Assembly: GCA_963812155.1 (NCBI GenBank) | Contig: CAWETW010000001.1 | Coordinates: 1-64,000 of the forward strand | Length of the DNA stretch: 64,000 nt | Reading direction: 5' to 3' | From: Vulcanimicrobiota bacterium | GTDB lineage: Bacteria; Vulcanimicrobiota; Vulcanimicrobiia; Vulcanimicrobiales; Vulcanimicrobiaceae | Part shown: positions 39,218-49,236 of the stretch, piece after piece | Position numbering within the stretch: the stretch's first letter is position 1 | How the letters are laid out: each line of letters opens with the position of its first letter | Notes under the pieces: model-generated | What the model saw: only the letters and a program-made list of their open reading frames with translations | The model's database searches: none | What the model was told of the DNA's origin: nothing | Program-made: the position numbers and the translations under genes

Positions 39218-40309
39218 CCGCGCGCGACCTCCTCTATTTAGAGCGCGCCTACGAGCTCGCCGCGCGCGGCACCGGTAGCACCGCACCCAACCCGCCGGTC
39301 GGAGCGGTCGTGGTGCGCGACGGCGCCATCCTGGGTGAGGGCTACCATCGGCGCGCCGGGTGCGCGCACGGCGAAATCGTTGCGCTCGAGCGGGCCGGGG
39401 CGGCGGCACGCGGAGCCACGCTGTACGTATCGCTCGAACCGTGCGTTCGACGCCGGGCGCGTGCCGGCGTGCGCGCCGCGCGTGATCGACGCCGGGATCG
39501 CGCGCGTCGTTTGCGGCGTCGTCGATCCCAATCCCGCAAATGACGGCCGGGGCATCGCGTATCTTCGCGAGCGGGGAGTGGACGTCTCCGTCGCCGGGGA
39601 CGCACGCGCGCGCGAACTCATCGAACTCTTCACCGGCTCGATCGCCTCGACGCGCCCGTATCTCGCGTTGAAGATGGCGATGTCGCTCGACGGCGCGATT
39701 GCGTCGCGTTCGGGCGTGCGCGAACAGCTCGGGTCGGAAGCCGAGCGGCTTTACGTGCGCGATCTGCGAATTGCCTACGACGCCGTGATGGTGGGTGCCG
39801 GAACCGTCCGTGTCGACGACCCGCAGTTGACCGTACGTCCGCACCACGACCGTCTGCGGCCCTATGTGCGCGTCGTCGCGTGCGAAACCGAAACCATTGC
39901 GGCCTCGAGCCGCGTTCTCGCTGCGGTGGATGGATATTCGCCGACGATCGTGCTGGCCCCGGCCGGCCTGCGCCGGCGGTTCGAGAATGTATCCGGTGCG
40001 GCCGACGTCAAGTTCGTCGGAAGCGCCGAGAGCACGCATCTCGACCTTCGCAGCGCGATGGAGACGCTGCGCGAGGCCGGCGTCTACAGCGTGCTCTGCG
40101 AGGGCGGCCCGACGCTGGGAGCGCGGTTGATCGTGGACGGCCTCGTCGAACGCTTTTACTGGGCGATCGCACCGCGGCTGATCCGAAGTGAAACTGCCGT
40201 TCCAGTTTTGGCCGGCGTCGATTTTGCGACCGTGCACCCGCGCCTGCAGTTCGATCGCGCGCACCGCGTCGGCGACGACGTCGTTATTTCGGGACGATTC
40301 GTTGTTTAG
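39196..40309 (+). CDS. ribD: Riboflavin deaminase/reductase, frameshifted near 39450
   Basis: PNPPVGAV, HGE, LEPC, KMAMSLDG, VGAGTVRVDDPQL, LCEGG. Confidence 0.93.
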
Positions 40310-40892
40310 CGGGATTGTAGCGCATCGCGGCGTCGTGGTGGCAAACGACGCACTGTCCGGCGGCGGAGCCCGGCTGTGCGTACGCTGCGATGCCGCCGCG
40401 GATGAAGGCGTCGAGCCGAAGGATTCGGTCGCGATCGACGGCGTCTGCCTCACCGTGACGAATGTCGATTCCGGCTTGCTCGGCTTCGACGTCGTGCCGG
40501 AAACGCTGGCGCGCAGCACGCTCGGCGACCGCGTGCCGGGCGACCGCGTGAATCTCGAGTTTGCGGTCCGGGCCGGCGACCGTATCGGCGGCCACTTCGT
40601 CTACGGGCACGTCGACGCGGTCGCGCGCGTGCTCGCTCGCGCACCCGAAGGACAAGGCGAGCGCGTGCGCTTCGAACTTCCCGCGGCACTCGCGTTCGGA
40701 ATCGTCGAGAAGGCATTCGTGGCGATCGACGGCGTGAGCCTCACGGTGGCCGCGGCCGGCGACGACTGGTTCGAGGTCGCGGTGATTCCCGAAACGCTCG
40801 CGCGCACGACGCTCGGCGAACGCGCCTCCGGCGGCATGGTAAACCTCGAAATCGATCCGATCGCACGCTACGCAGCCGGCAGACGAACGTGA
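40302..40892 (+). CDS. ribE: Riboflavin synthase
   Basis: (M)FSGIV, SVAIDGVCLTV, GGHFVYGHVD, IPET, VNLEID. Confidence 0.95.
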   Translation: MFSGIVAHRGVVVANDALSGGGARLCVRCDAAADEGVEPKDSVAIDGVCLTVTNVDSGLLGFDVVPETLARSTLGDRVPGDRVNLEFAVRAGDRIGGHFVYGHVDAVARVLARAPEGQGERVRFELPAALAFGIVEKAFVAIDGVSLTVAAAGDDWFEVAVIPETLARTTLGERASGGMVNLEIDPIARYAAGRRT

Positions 40893-41344
40893 GGTACCGA
40901 GAGGCGCTCGCGCCCGGAGCGCGCGTCTTCGAGTCGCGCGTGCGCGCACAATGGTGCGACGTCGACGTCGCGGGCATCGTCTATTTCGGTGCGTACTGGC
41001 GGTTCGTCGAACGCGCCGAGATGGATTTCTTCCGCGATCTCGGGTTTGCGTACGATCGCGTCTTCGAAGAGTACGATTTTTGGCTGCCGCGCGTCCGCTG
41101 CGAAGCCGAATACCACGCGCCGGCGCTGATGGACGACTGGCTGCGGCTGCGAACGCACGTCGAGCACGTCGGCGCGTCGAGCCTGCGCTGGCGAACCGTC
41201 GTGTTCAACGAACGCACGGGGGAGCCGGGCGCGCAGTTCGCTTTGACCGTCGCGTGCATCGATCGGGAGCGGAAGAAGAGCCGCCCGCTGCCCGAAGTTT
41301 TTCGCACGGCGCTGGCGGCGTGCGTGGCGCCGGCGACGCCATGA
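40889..41344 (+). CDS. Acyl-CoA thioesterase (4HBT/YbgC hotdog fold)
   Basis: DVDVAGIVYFGAY...ERAE, YHAPA. Confidence 0.85.
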   Translation: MRYREALAPGARVFESRVRAQWCDVDVAGIVYFGAYWRFVERAEMDFFRDLGFAYDRVFEEYDFWLPRVRCEAEYHAPALMDDWLRLRTHVEHVGASSLRWRTVVFNERTGEPGAQFALTVACIDRERKKSRPLPEVFRTALAACVAPATP

Positions 41345-42375
41345 GCGCGACCGTGTCCCGCGTTGCTACGCTGGTGGCGCCGCGACGCATCGAGTTGCGG
41401 GAGGAAGCCGTGCCCGCGGCGCCCGACGGGGGCATGGTCGTTCGCGTCCGCGCCGCGCTCACCGACGGCACGGACCTCAAAGCATATCGCCGCGGGCATC
41501 CGAAGATGCCGATGCCCACGCGCTTCGGGCACGAGTTTTCCGGCGACGTCGTTGCAACCGGCGCCGGTGTCGAGCACGTGCGCCCGGGTGACGCGGTGAT
41601 GTGCACGCATACCGCGCCCTGCGGACGGTGCTTTTGGTGCCAACGCGATGAAGGGGAACTGTGCGAGCGCGTGATGCCCGACATGCTGCTCGGCGCGTAC
41701 GCCGATTACATCGCGGTGCCGGCACGCGTCGTCGCGGTCAACTGCTTTTCCAAGCCGGCCGGTGTATCGTATCCAGAGGCCGCGTTTCTCGAACCGCTGT
41801 CGTGCGTCGTCCATTCGATCGCGTTATTGGCACCGCGCAAAGGCGCGACGGTCGCCGTGATCGGCAGCGGCGCGTTCGGGATCCTGCACGCGCTGCTGCT
41901 GAAGCGCGAGGGTGTCCGCCCATTGCTGATTGGGCGCAGCCCCGAGCGCGCGGAACTGGCGCGAACGCTGGGAATCGAAACCGTCGAAGCCGACGCCCTC
42001 GCGGCAAACGACGCGCTCTTGGCGCACACGCACGGGCGCGGCGCCGACGCCGTCGTCGAATGCACGGGTAACGCGCAGGTCTGGGAGCGCGCGCCGGACT
42101 GGGTGCGCCGCGGCGGAACGGTGTCGTTTTTCGGCGGATTGCCGGAGGATGCGCGCGTCTCGTTTGTCGCGTCGCGCCTGCACTACGACGAGATTCGGCT
42201 GATGAGCCCGTTTCATTTTACGCCGCGCGACGTCCGGCGGGCGTACGACCTGATTTCGTCGCAGGCGTTGCCGCTGATGCGTTTGATAACGCGGATTTGT
42301 CGGCTCGAGGACATCGCATCGGCGTTCGAGGATCTCGATGCGGGAGTCGGCATGAAGGTGCTGTTCGAACCGTGA
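41341..42375 (+). CDS. Zn-dependent alcohol/polyol dehydrogenase
   Basis: FGHEFSG, CGRCFWC...C, EPLSC, GSGAFG. Confidence 0.9.
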   Translation: MSATVSRVATLVAPRRIELREEAVPAAPDGGMVVRVRAALTDGTDLKAYRRGHPKMPMPTRFGHEFSGDVVATGAGVEHVRPGDAVMCTHTAPCGRCFWCQRDEGELCERVMPDMLLGAYADYIAVPARVVAVNCFSKPAGVSYPEAAFLEPLSCVVHSIALLAPRKGATVAVIGSGAFGILHALLLKREGVRPLLIGRSPERAELARTLGIETVEADALAANDALLAHTHGRGADAVVECTGNAQVWERAPDWVRRGGTVSFFGGLPEDARVSFVASRLHYDEIRLMSPFHFTPRDVRRAYDLISSQALPLMRLITRICRLEDIASAFEDLDAGVGMKVLFEP

Positions 42376-43416
42376 GCGTCCCGGCGTCGATGCGAGCGGC
42401 GATTCTTTACGATGCGGGCGACGTTCGCATCGAAGAGCGCCCCGTCCCGAAGTTGCGTGAAGGCGAAGTGCTCGTGCGCACGGCCGCCAGCGGAATCTGC
42501 ACGAGTGACGTGATGGCGTGGTATGTCAAGCGTAAGGCGCCCCTGGTGCTCGGGCACGAGCCCGCCGGCGTAATTGCCGCCGTCGGGCCGGGTGAGGTTC
42601 CGCGCGACGAAAACGGCCGGCCGTTCGCGCCTGGCGAACGCGTTTTCGCGCACCATCACGCGCCCTGCTTCGGATGCCGCTCGTGCGCCCGCGGCGATTA
42701 CGTGCAGTGCGCGACCTGGCGCGCGACGCGGATCGAACCGGGCGGTATCGCGGAATACTTTCGCGTGCCGCACGAAAACCTCCGCGACACGCTGCGGCTT
42801 CCAAGCGACGTCGCTTTTGCCGATGCGTCGCTGGTCGAACCGCTGGGCTGCGTCGTGAAGTCACTGCGCCGCGGCGGTGCCGAAAGCCGGCGACAGCATC
42901 TTCGTCGTGGGTCTCGGCGTCATGGGCTTGATGCACGTCGCAGCGGCGCGCGCGCTCGGCGCCGACGTCGTCGCGAGCGACTTCGTCGAGCAGCGGCGCG
43001 CCTTGGCCGCGTCGCTGGGTGCGACCGCGGTGCATCCCGCTGACGCACGCGATGCGCTCGGCGAGGGCGCCGACGTGACGATCTGCGGACCCGGAATGCC
43101 GGCGGCGATGGATGCGTCGGTAGCGGGAACCGGCCGCGGCGGAACGATCGTCATGTTTTCGCCGTTCGAGCCGGGGAATGCGCTGGCTCTCGATGCGGAG
43201 CGTTTCTACTTCGAAGATTTGCGCGTCGTTGCGAGTTATTCGTGCGGTCCTCAAGATACGCGCGAGGCATTGCGCTTGATTGCACGCGGTGCGGTGACGG
43301 CCGAAGCGCTCGGCGCGACGATGGTCTCGCTCGACGATGCCCCTCGCGCGTACGTCGATCTCGCGCAGGGACGCATCGTCAAGCCGATCGTTGTTTTCGA
43401 GTCACCTGCCGAATAG
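42372..43416 (+). CDS. Zn-dependent alcohol/polyol dehydrogenase, frameshifted near 42880
   Basis: GICTSD, LGHE, CFGCRSC...C, EPLGC, GLGVMG. Confidence 0.88.
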
Positions 43417-43427
43417 CCGGCAGCGCG

Positions 43428-44708
43428 CTACGGCGAACCCTCCACGTACGGCATCGGTGCGCCTTCGGGAATCGGCAAGACGACGTCCTTGTCCGCCGTG
43501 GTGACCCGCCACGCGACGATGAGCGCGACGAGATAGAGCATCGCCGCCAAATACCACGGGGCGCCTGGAACTCCGACATTTCGCCACGGGCCGATGAACT
43601 GCGCGAACACTGCGGTGAAGAGTCCGGGCCCGAGCAGCATGGAGATGCCGCGCAGCGAGCCGAGCGCACCTTGCAGTTCGCCCTGGTCGCTCGCGCTCAC
43701 GTGACGCGTCATCAAGGCTTGCGACGTCGCGTTGTACATCGGCAGACAGATGACGACGATTGCGACGAAAAAGAGAATTCCGTTGGCCGTGCCCGCGAGC
43801 GCGCAGCCGGCTACGGCCAAGGCGAGGCTGGCGAGCAGCACGCGGCGCTCGCCGAACCGGGCGACAACCGGCCCGACCAGCGTCGCTTGATTGATTGCGG
43901 TGATCACGCCGGCGAGTGCGAGCGTCAGTCCGATGCTTCCGGTGCTCCAGCCGAAGACCGCGATGCAGAAGATCACCCACACGTTCGGGAAGATTTCGTG
44001 CGCGAGATATCCGATAAAGTTTACCCACGACAATCCCCACAGTTCGTGGTGTGACCGCAACAGCGCGAGCGATCCGAGCGGATTGGCGCGCTTCCATTCC
44101 AAGCGCGGCGTGCGCTGCGCCGGCGCGAGCGATTCCGGAAGCACGAACAGACCGTAGAGCGTGTTGAGCAGGCTGACGGCCGCGGCAGCCCAGAACGTGA
44201 GGCGTGGATCCAGGTTGCCGACGAGCCCGCCGATGGCCGGTCCGAGAATGAATCCAAGGCCAAACGCGCTTCCGAGCAAACCGAACGCTTTGGCACGTTT
44301 CTCCGGAGCGGTTATGTCCGCAATGTATGCCCCCGCCGTCGACATGTTCGCGCTCGCCATGCCCGATAGCACGCGCCCCGCGAAAAGCCAGAGCAAATTC
44401 GGTGCCAGCGCCATGATGGCGTAGTCGACGACGCTAACCGCGTTCGAGAGCAAGATGACGGGGCGCCGCCCGACGCGATCCGAAAGCATTCCGAGCAGCG
44501 GCGACATGAAGAACTGCATCACCGCCCATGCCGTCGCGAACAGACCGATGACGGTGACGGCGTGCGCCATGTTTTCACCGACGAAGCCGGCGACGAGTTT
44601 CGGCAACACCGGTCCGATCATGCCGAACGTCAGCATGTCGAGCATGACCGTGATGAAGATAAAGGCGGTCGCCGCGCGGCGTCCGGACCCGGCGTTAGGC
44701 AACGTCAT
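43428..44708 (-). CDS. TetA-like MFS efflux transporter
   Basis: GMLSDRVGRRPV motif A, GFILGPAIGG motif C, LPESL. Confidence 0.9.
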   Translation of the reverse strand: MTLPNAGSGRRAATAFIFITVMLDMLTFGMIGPVLPKLVAGFVGENMAHAVTVIGLFATAWAVMQFFMSPLLGMLSDRVGRRPVILLSNAVSVVDYAIMALAPNLLWLFAGRVLSGMASANMSTAGAYIADITAPEKRAKAFGLLGSAFGLGFILGPAIGGLVGNLDPRLTFWAAAAVSLLNTLYGLFVLPESLAPAQRTPRLEWKRANPLGSLALLRSHHELWGLSWVNFIGYLAHEIFPNVWVIFCIAVFGWSTGSIGLTLALAGVITAINQATLVGPVVARFGERRVLLASLALAVAGCALAGTANGILFFVAIVVICLPMYNATSQALMTRHVSASDQGELQGALGSLRGISMLLGPGLFTAVFAQFIGPWRNVGVPGAPWYLAAMLYLVALIVAWRVTTADKDVVLPIPEGAPMPYVEGSP

Positions 44709-45297
44709 CGTGCGTCTCTTTCGTAGCGGAAACGTGATCGAGCGAGGAGAGCCAAAGATCCACGGCAAGGTTCACTCGCGCGCGGTCGCCCGTCGCGCAC
44801 AAGTCGAGGAGGAATCCGCGGAAGCCGGCGACCAGCAGCGTGGCGTGGGCGCGCCCCTGTTCGGGGGTGTAACCCGAGCGCATGCAACAGGGCTCGAGCG
44901 CCGTAAGCCAGTCGTCGACGGCGCGCTCGAGGAAACCCGGGAAGCGCGTGCGATCCTGCAGCGCGAGCGCGTAGACTTCGAAGAACAGCCGCATCAGCGG
45001 CAGCCAGCGAGCGTCGCTGAAGTGGTGCCATAGCGTGCCCGCGATCCCGCGCGGTCCCAGTCCGGCGGTCAGGTCGAGGTTCGCCATGGTGGCCTGCTGG
45101 CGCAGGCGCCCACGCCGGATGATCTCGACGACGAGAGCCTCTTTGGACCCGAAGTAGTAGAGCAAAAGCCTCGGGCTGGCCCCTGCGGCTTTAGCTAATG
45201 GGCGAAGGGAAAGTCCGGCTAGCCCCTTCTCGAGCACGTAGTCGAGGGCGCGGTCGAGCAGTTCTTCCCGGCGGGCGTCGTCGGCAGTGCGGGGCAC
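44695..45297 (-). CDS. TetR/AcrR family regulator
   Basis: SLRPLAKAAGASPRLLLYYFGSKEAL HTH. Confidence 0.92.
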   Translation of the reverse strand: MPRTADDARREELLDRALDYVLEKGLAGLSLRPLAKAAGASPRLLLYYFGSKEALVVEIIRRGRLRQQATMANLDLTAGLGPRGIAGTLWHHFSDARWLPLMRLFFEVYALALQDRTRFPGFLERAVDDWLTALEPCCMRSGYTPEQGRAHATLLVAGFRGFLLDLCATGDRARVNLAVDLWLSSLDHVSATKETHDDVA

Positions 45298-45311
45298 GTC
45301 TCGAGGCTACC

Positions 45312-45337
45312 ATACTTGAAACAGTCGTTTCAAGTAT
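45312..45337. promoter_or_regulatory. Probable TetR operator
   Basis: Perfect inverted repeat ATACTTGAAAC-agtc-GTTTCAAGTAT overlapping the TATGGT -10 box of the tetR gene. Confidence 0.8.
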
Positions 45338-45425
45338 TAGCGCATTAGCTTGCCGATTCGAACGGCCCTTGGCCTACGGTTTCTTGCGCTCGAAGTACTG
45401 GGTCGTCGCGGTCTGAGGGCTTTGC

Positions 45426-45457
45426 GGTTGACAGTTGTCAACCAGCGGCCGTACGCT
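45426..45457 (+). promoter_or_regulatory. Promoter and palindromic operator of HTH-ribBA
   Basis: GGTTGACA-gt-TGTCAACC palindrome containing TTGACA; N18; TACGCT; ATG 7 nt later. Confidence 0.75.
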
Positions 45458-45464
45458 CACACAG

Positions 45465-46878
45465 ATGGAGACGTTTGCGGAGCGGCTGAGAGCCGCGATG
45501 GATAGCGCGGGCTTGAACCCTTCCGATTTGGCGGCAAGCAGCGGGTTGACGGAATCGGCGATCTCGCTGCTGCGCTCCGGCCGGCGGGAGCCGTCGTACC
45601 GGACACTCCAGCGGCTGGCACACGTGCTGCCCGAACTGGCGGCGCATCTCGCGGGCGCGACGAGTCCGTTCGACCCAATCGAAGAAGCAATCGCCGACGT
45701 TCGTGCCGGCAAGATGGTCGTCGTGCTCGACGACGAGGATCGTGAAAACGAAGGCGACTTAGTCATGGCGGCCGCCGCCGTCACGCCCGATGCGATCAAC
45801 TTCATGCGCAAACGACGCCGGCGGCTTGATTTGCGTGCCGCTGCCGGCGCGCCGGCTCGACGAACTGCAGATTCCGCAGATGGTGAGCGACAACACGGCG
45901 CTCCACGAGACCGCCTTCACGGTGTCGGTGGAGGCGCGCGGCTTGACGACGACCGGAATTTCCGCGCACGATCGCGCCGCGACGATCAAAAAACTGCTCG
46001 ACCCCGACGCGCGGCCGGCCGACTTTCTGCGGCCGGGGCACACCTTTCCGCTGCGCGCGCGTGAAGGCGGCGTGCTCGTCCGCGCCGGTCAAACCGAAGC
46101 CTCGGTCGATCTCGCGCGTTTAGCCGGGCTCTATCCCGCCGGCGTAATTTGCGAGATCATGGCCGACGACGGAACGATGGAGCGTTTCGACGGTCTGCGT
46201 GCTTACGCCGATCGCCACGGTCTGAAACTCGTAACGGTGAAAGATCTCATCGCCTATCGCATGCGCACCGAAAAACTCGTCAAACGCATCGCCGAGTTCG
46301 ATCTCCCGACCAAGCACGGCAGCTGGAAAGGCATCGCCTACGAAACCACCATTGACGCAAACACGCACGTCGCACTGGTGATGGGCGAGATCGGCGACGG
46401 CAAGAACGTTCCCGTGCGGGTGCACTCGGAATGCCTCACGGGCGACGCGCTGCATTCGATTCGCTGCGACTGCGCCGCGCAGCGCGACGCCGCGATGGAG
46501 ATCATCGCCGCCGAAGGACGCGGCGTGTTTCTCTATCTGCGCCAAGAAGGCCGGGGCATCGGCCTGGCCAACAAACTGCGCGCCTACGAGTTGCAAGACC
46601 GCGGCGCCGATACGGTCGAGGCCAACGTCGCGCTCGGCTTACCGGTCGATAAGCGCGATTACGGCATCGGATCGCAGATCCTCGTCGATCTCGGCGTGCG
46701 CGAGTTGCGCGTCATCACCAACAATCCGCGCAAGATCTTCGGCCTCGAAGGCTACGGACTGAAGATCGTCGATCGCGTGCCCTCGCAGACGGCGCCGACG
46801 AATTACAACCGGCGCTACATGCATACGAAACGCTCGAAGATGGGGCACATTCTCGACGACCCGGCAGCGGTATCGTGA
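45465..46878 (+). CDS. ribBA: XRE-HTH fused to bifunctional DHBP synthase/GTP cyclohydrolase II, frameshift near 45810
   Basis: FAERLRAAM...[25 protein letters not shown] in frame with [11 protein letters not shown]; later [29 protein letters not shown]. Confidence 0.92.
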
Positions 46879-47375
46879 AGACAAACGGGCCGGCGTCCTC
46901 GCTGCCGCACGGCGTGCCGGATTGCGCCGGCCGGCGCTTCGCGATCGTCGCCGCGCGTTTCTACCCCGAACTCGCCGAGTGGCTCGTCGACGGGGCACGG
47001 CGCGGGCTGCGCGCGTGTAACGTTGCCGACGCCGATATCGACGTCTACGATGTCCCCGGCTGCTTCGAACTTCCGCTGGCATGCCGCAATCTGCTCGACA
47101 CGCAGCGGTACCACGCCTTGATTGCGGTGGGAGCGGTCGTGCGCGGAGAAACGCCGCACTTCGATTACGTCGCGGGCGAGTGCGCGCGCGGCATCATGGA
47201 CGTGCAGTTGGCGACGGGTGCGCCGATCGGGTTCGGCGTGTTGACGACGGAAACGTACGAACAAGCGAAGGAGCGAGCGGATCCCGGCAACGGCGACAAA
47301 GGCTACCATGCCGCCATGGCGGCGGCGGCGTTGCTCGGGATGACGGCGCGCCTTCCCCGAGCAGGTCTTCGATAG
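46875..47375 (+). CDS. ribH: Lumazine synthase
   Basis: VPGCFELP, VRGETPHFDYV, GFGVLT, DKG. Confidence 0.95.
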   Translation: MKTNGPASSLPHGVPDCAGRRFAIVAARFYPELAEWLVDGARRGLRACNVADADIDVYDVPGCFELPLACRNLLDTQRYHALIAVGAVVRGETPHFDYVAGECARGIMDVQLATGAPIGFGVLTTETYEQAKERADPGNGDKGYHAAMAAAALLGMTARLPRAGLR

Positions 47376-47398
47376 GCGTCGCGCAGGAACAAGCGGGG

Positions 47399-48859
47399 AT
47401 GAAACGTTCGCCGCTCGCCATAGCGTTCGCCGTGCTCCTGGCGAGTTGCCACGGCGGAGCTTCGGGCGCTCCCGGGATCCCCGCGCCGGCAACGCGCGAT
47501 GCCGATTCGAACGCGCACGCGATGCAGCCCGCGACGGTGTTGGGAAACGGTAAGATCCAACACATCGTCGTGATCATGCAGGAGAACCGTTCCTTCGACA
47601 ATTTGTTTCATGGGTTCCCCGGCGCCGACACGGCGAATTACGGTTACGGACACGGGGTGAAATACGCGATGCAGCCGATGAGTCTGGCCGACCCGTGGGA
47701 CATCAATCACACCCACGACCAGTTCCTCGAAGACTACGATTCCGGCAAAGGCGACGGTTTCGATCTCGAGATTCGCGGATTTTCGACCACGTGCAAGTAT
47801 CCGCGCAACCATCCGTCGTGCTGGATCTTCTGGGACGCCGGACGCTACAAAACCGCGTTCTCGTACGTTCCGCAGAAAGAAATCAAGGCGTATTGGACGA
47901 TGGCGCATCAGTATGCATTGGGCGATCGCGCCTTCGCATCAAATAACGGTCCGAGTTACGTCGCGCATCAATACATGATTTCGGGCCAATCCGGACACGT
48001 GGCCGAAAATCCGTTGTTCGTGCCGCCGACCCCTCCGCCGCCGAATCCGTGGGGCTGCGACTCAGCGCCGACGACCGAGACCTACGTGCTTCAATACGGC
48101 CGAGCAAAACCGCCGGTGTTCTCCAAAGCGACCGGCGTCGAATCGCTCGGACCCTTCCCGTGTTTTTCGTACGCCACGGCCGCGAAGGTGCTCGACGGCG
48201 CGGGTGTTTCGTGGTCGTACTACGCACCGGCGATCGGCGGCGTCGACCAGGGTGAAATCTGGTCGGCGTTCGATGCGATTTGGCCGGTGCGGTTCGGGCA
48301 GGATTGGGTGCGCAACGTCAAGTCGCCGGAGACGACGATTTTCAACGACATCGCCGCAAAGAAACTGCCCGCGGTGTCGTGGGTCGTGCCATCGTGGATC
48401 AACTCCGACCATGCCGGTTCGCGCAGTTTGACCGGGCCCGATTGGGTCGGCTCGGTCGTCAATGCGATCGGCGAAAGCCCGTACTGGCAGCACACGGCGA
48501 TCGTCGTCATGTGGGATGAATGGGGCGGCTGGTTCGATCACGTCGTGCCGCCTCAGGTGCCCGATCCGCATACGCACGCGTTTGAAGGGTTTGGATTCCG
48601 CGTGCCCGTCATCGTACTGTCGCCGTACGCGAAACCCGGCTACGTCTCGCACAAGCGACACGAGATCGCATCCACGCTGCACTTCATCGAGGCGGTCTTC
48701 GGCCTGCCGTCACTGAACGGCGCCGATGCGCGCGCCGACCAGTTCGGTGACATGTTCGATTTTTCGCAAACGCCTCTGACATTTCGTAAAATCCCGACGC
48801 ATCTACAAACCCAGGATTTTCTGCGCCAGCCGCCGTCGTCGACGCCGCCCGACTACTGA
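47399..48859 (+). CDS. Phosphoesterase-family lipoprotein, third paralog
   Basis: Lipobox LLASC; HIVVIMQENRSFDN, NHPSCW, WDEWGGWFDHV. Confidence 0.9.
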   Translation: MKRSPLAIAFAVLLASCHGGASGAPGIPAPATRDADSNAHAMQPATVLGNGKIQHIVVIMQENRSFDNLFHGFPGADTANYGYGHGVKYAMQPMSLADPWDINHTHDQFLEDYDSGKGDGFDLEIRGFSTTCKYPRNHPSCWIFWDAGRYKTAFSYVPQKEIKAYWTMAHQYALGDRAFASNNGPSYVAHQYMISGQSGHVAENPLFVPPTPPPPNPWGCDSAPTTETYVLQYGRAKPPVFSKATGVESLGPFPCFSYATAAKVLDGAGVSWSYYAPAIGGVDQGEIWSAFDAIWPVRFGQDWVRNVKSPETTIFNDIAAKKLPAVSWVVPSWINSDHAGSRSLTGPDWVGSVVNAIGESPYWQHTAIVVMWDEWGGWFDHVVPPQVPDPHTHAFEGFGFRVPVIVLSPYAKPGYVSHKRHEIASTLHFIEAVFGLPSLNGADARADQFGDMFDFSQTPLTFRKIPTHLQTQDFLRQPPSSTPPDY

Positions 48860-48942
48860 CGGGCGGGAGGAACTCGGGGCCCCGGGTCGCATCTATCGCG
48901 CTTCGGGATTTGCCTCTCGGAACCGCGTTGGAGAATCGGGCA

Positions 48943-49236
48943 TTGGAAGATAAAATCATTACATGCAAGGACTGCGCAGCGCAGTTCGTCTTCTCGGCGA
49001 GCGAACAGCAGTTCTTCGCCGACAAAGGATTCCAAAATCAACCGCAACGCTGTCGCGATTGCCGGCAGGCGCGGCGCTCGCAGGGCAGCGGCGAAGCACC
49101 GCGCGCGAACCGGCCGGCGTTCGAAGCCGTCTGCGCCGCCTGTGGGGTGGAGACGACGGTGCCGTTCCGTCCGCGCGGTGACCGCCCGGTCTACTGCCGT
49201 ACGTGTTACGCCGCGCAGGTGCCGGCCGGGGTTTGA
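48943..49236 (+). CDS. Zinc-ribbon / CxxC-x17-CxxC protein
   Basis: CKDC...F...EQQFF...PQRCRDCR then CAACG...VPFRP...PVYCRTC. Confidence 0.88.
   Translation: MEDKIITCKDCAAQFVFSASEQQFFADKGFQNQPQRCRDCRQARRSQGSGEAPRANRPAFEAVCAACGVETTVPFRPRGDRPVYCRTCYAAQVPAGV

Noticed and set aside
43428..44708. Acquired tetracycline resistance gene
   Set aside because: TetA-like family only; no mobile context and substrate cannot be read from sequence
45340..45465. FMN riboswitch upstream of ribBA or ribD
   Set aside because: No RFN motifs; the space is taken by promoter elements, and ribD overlaps comF
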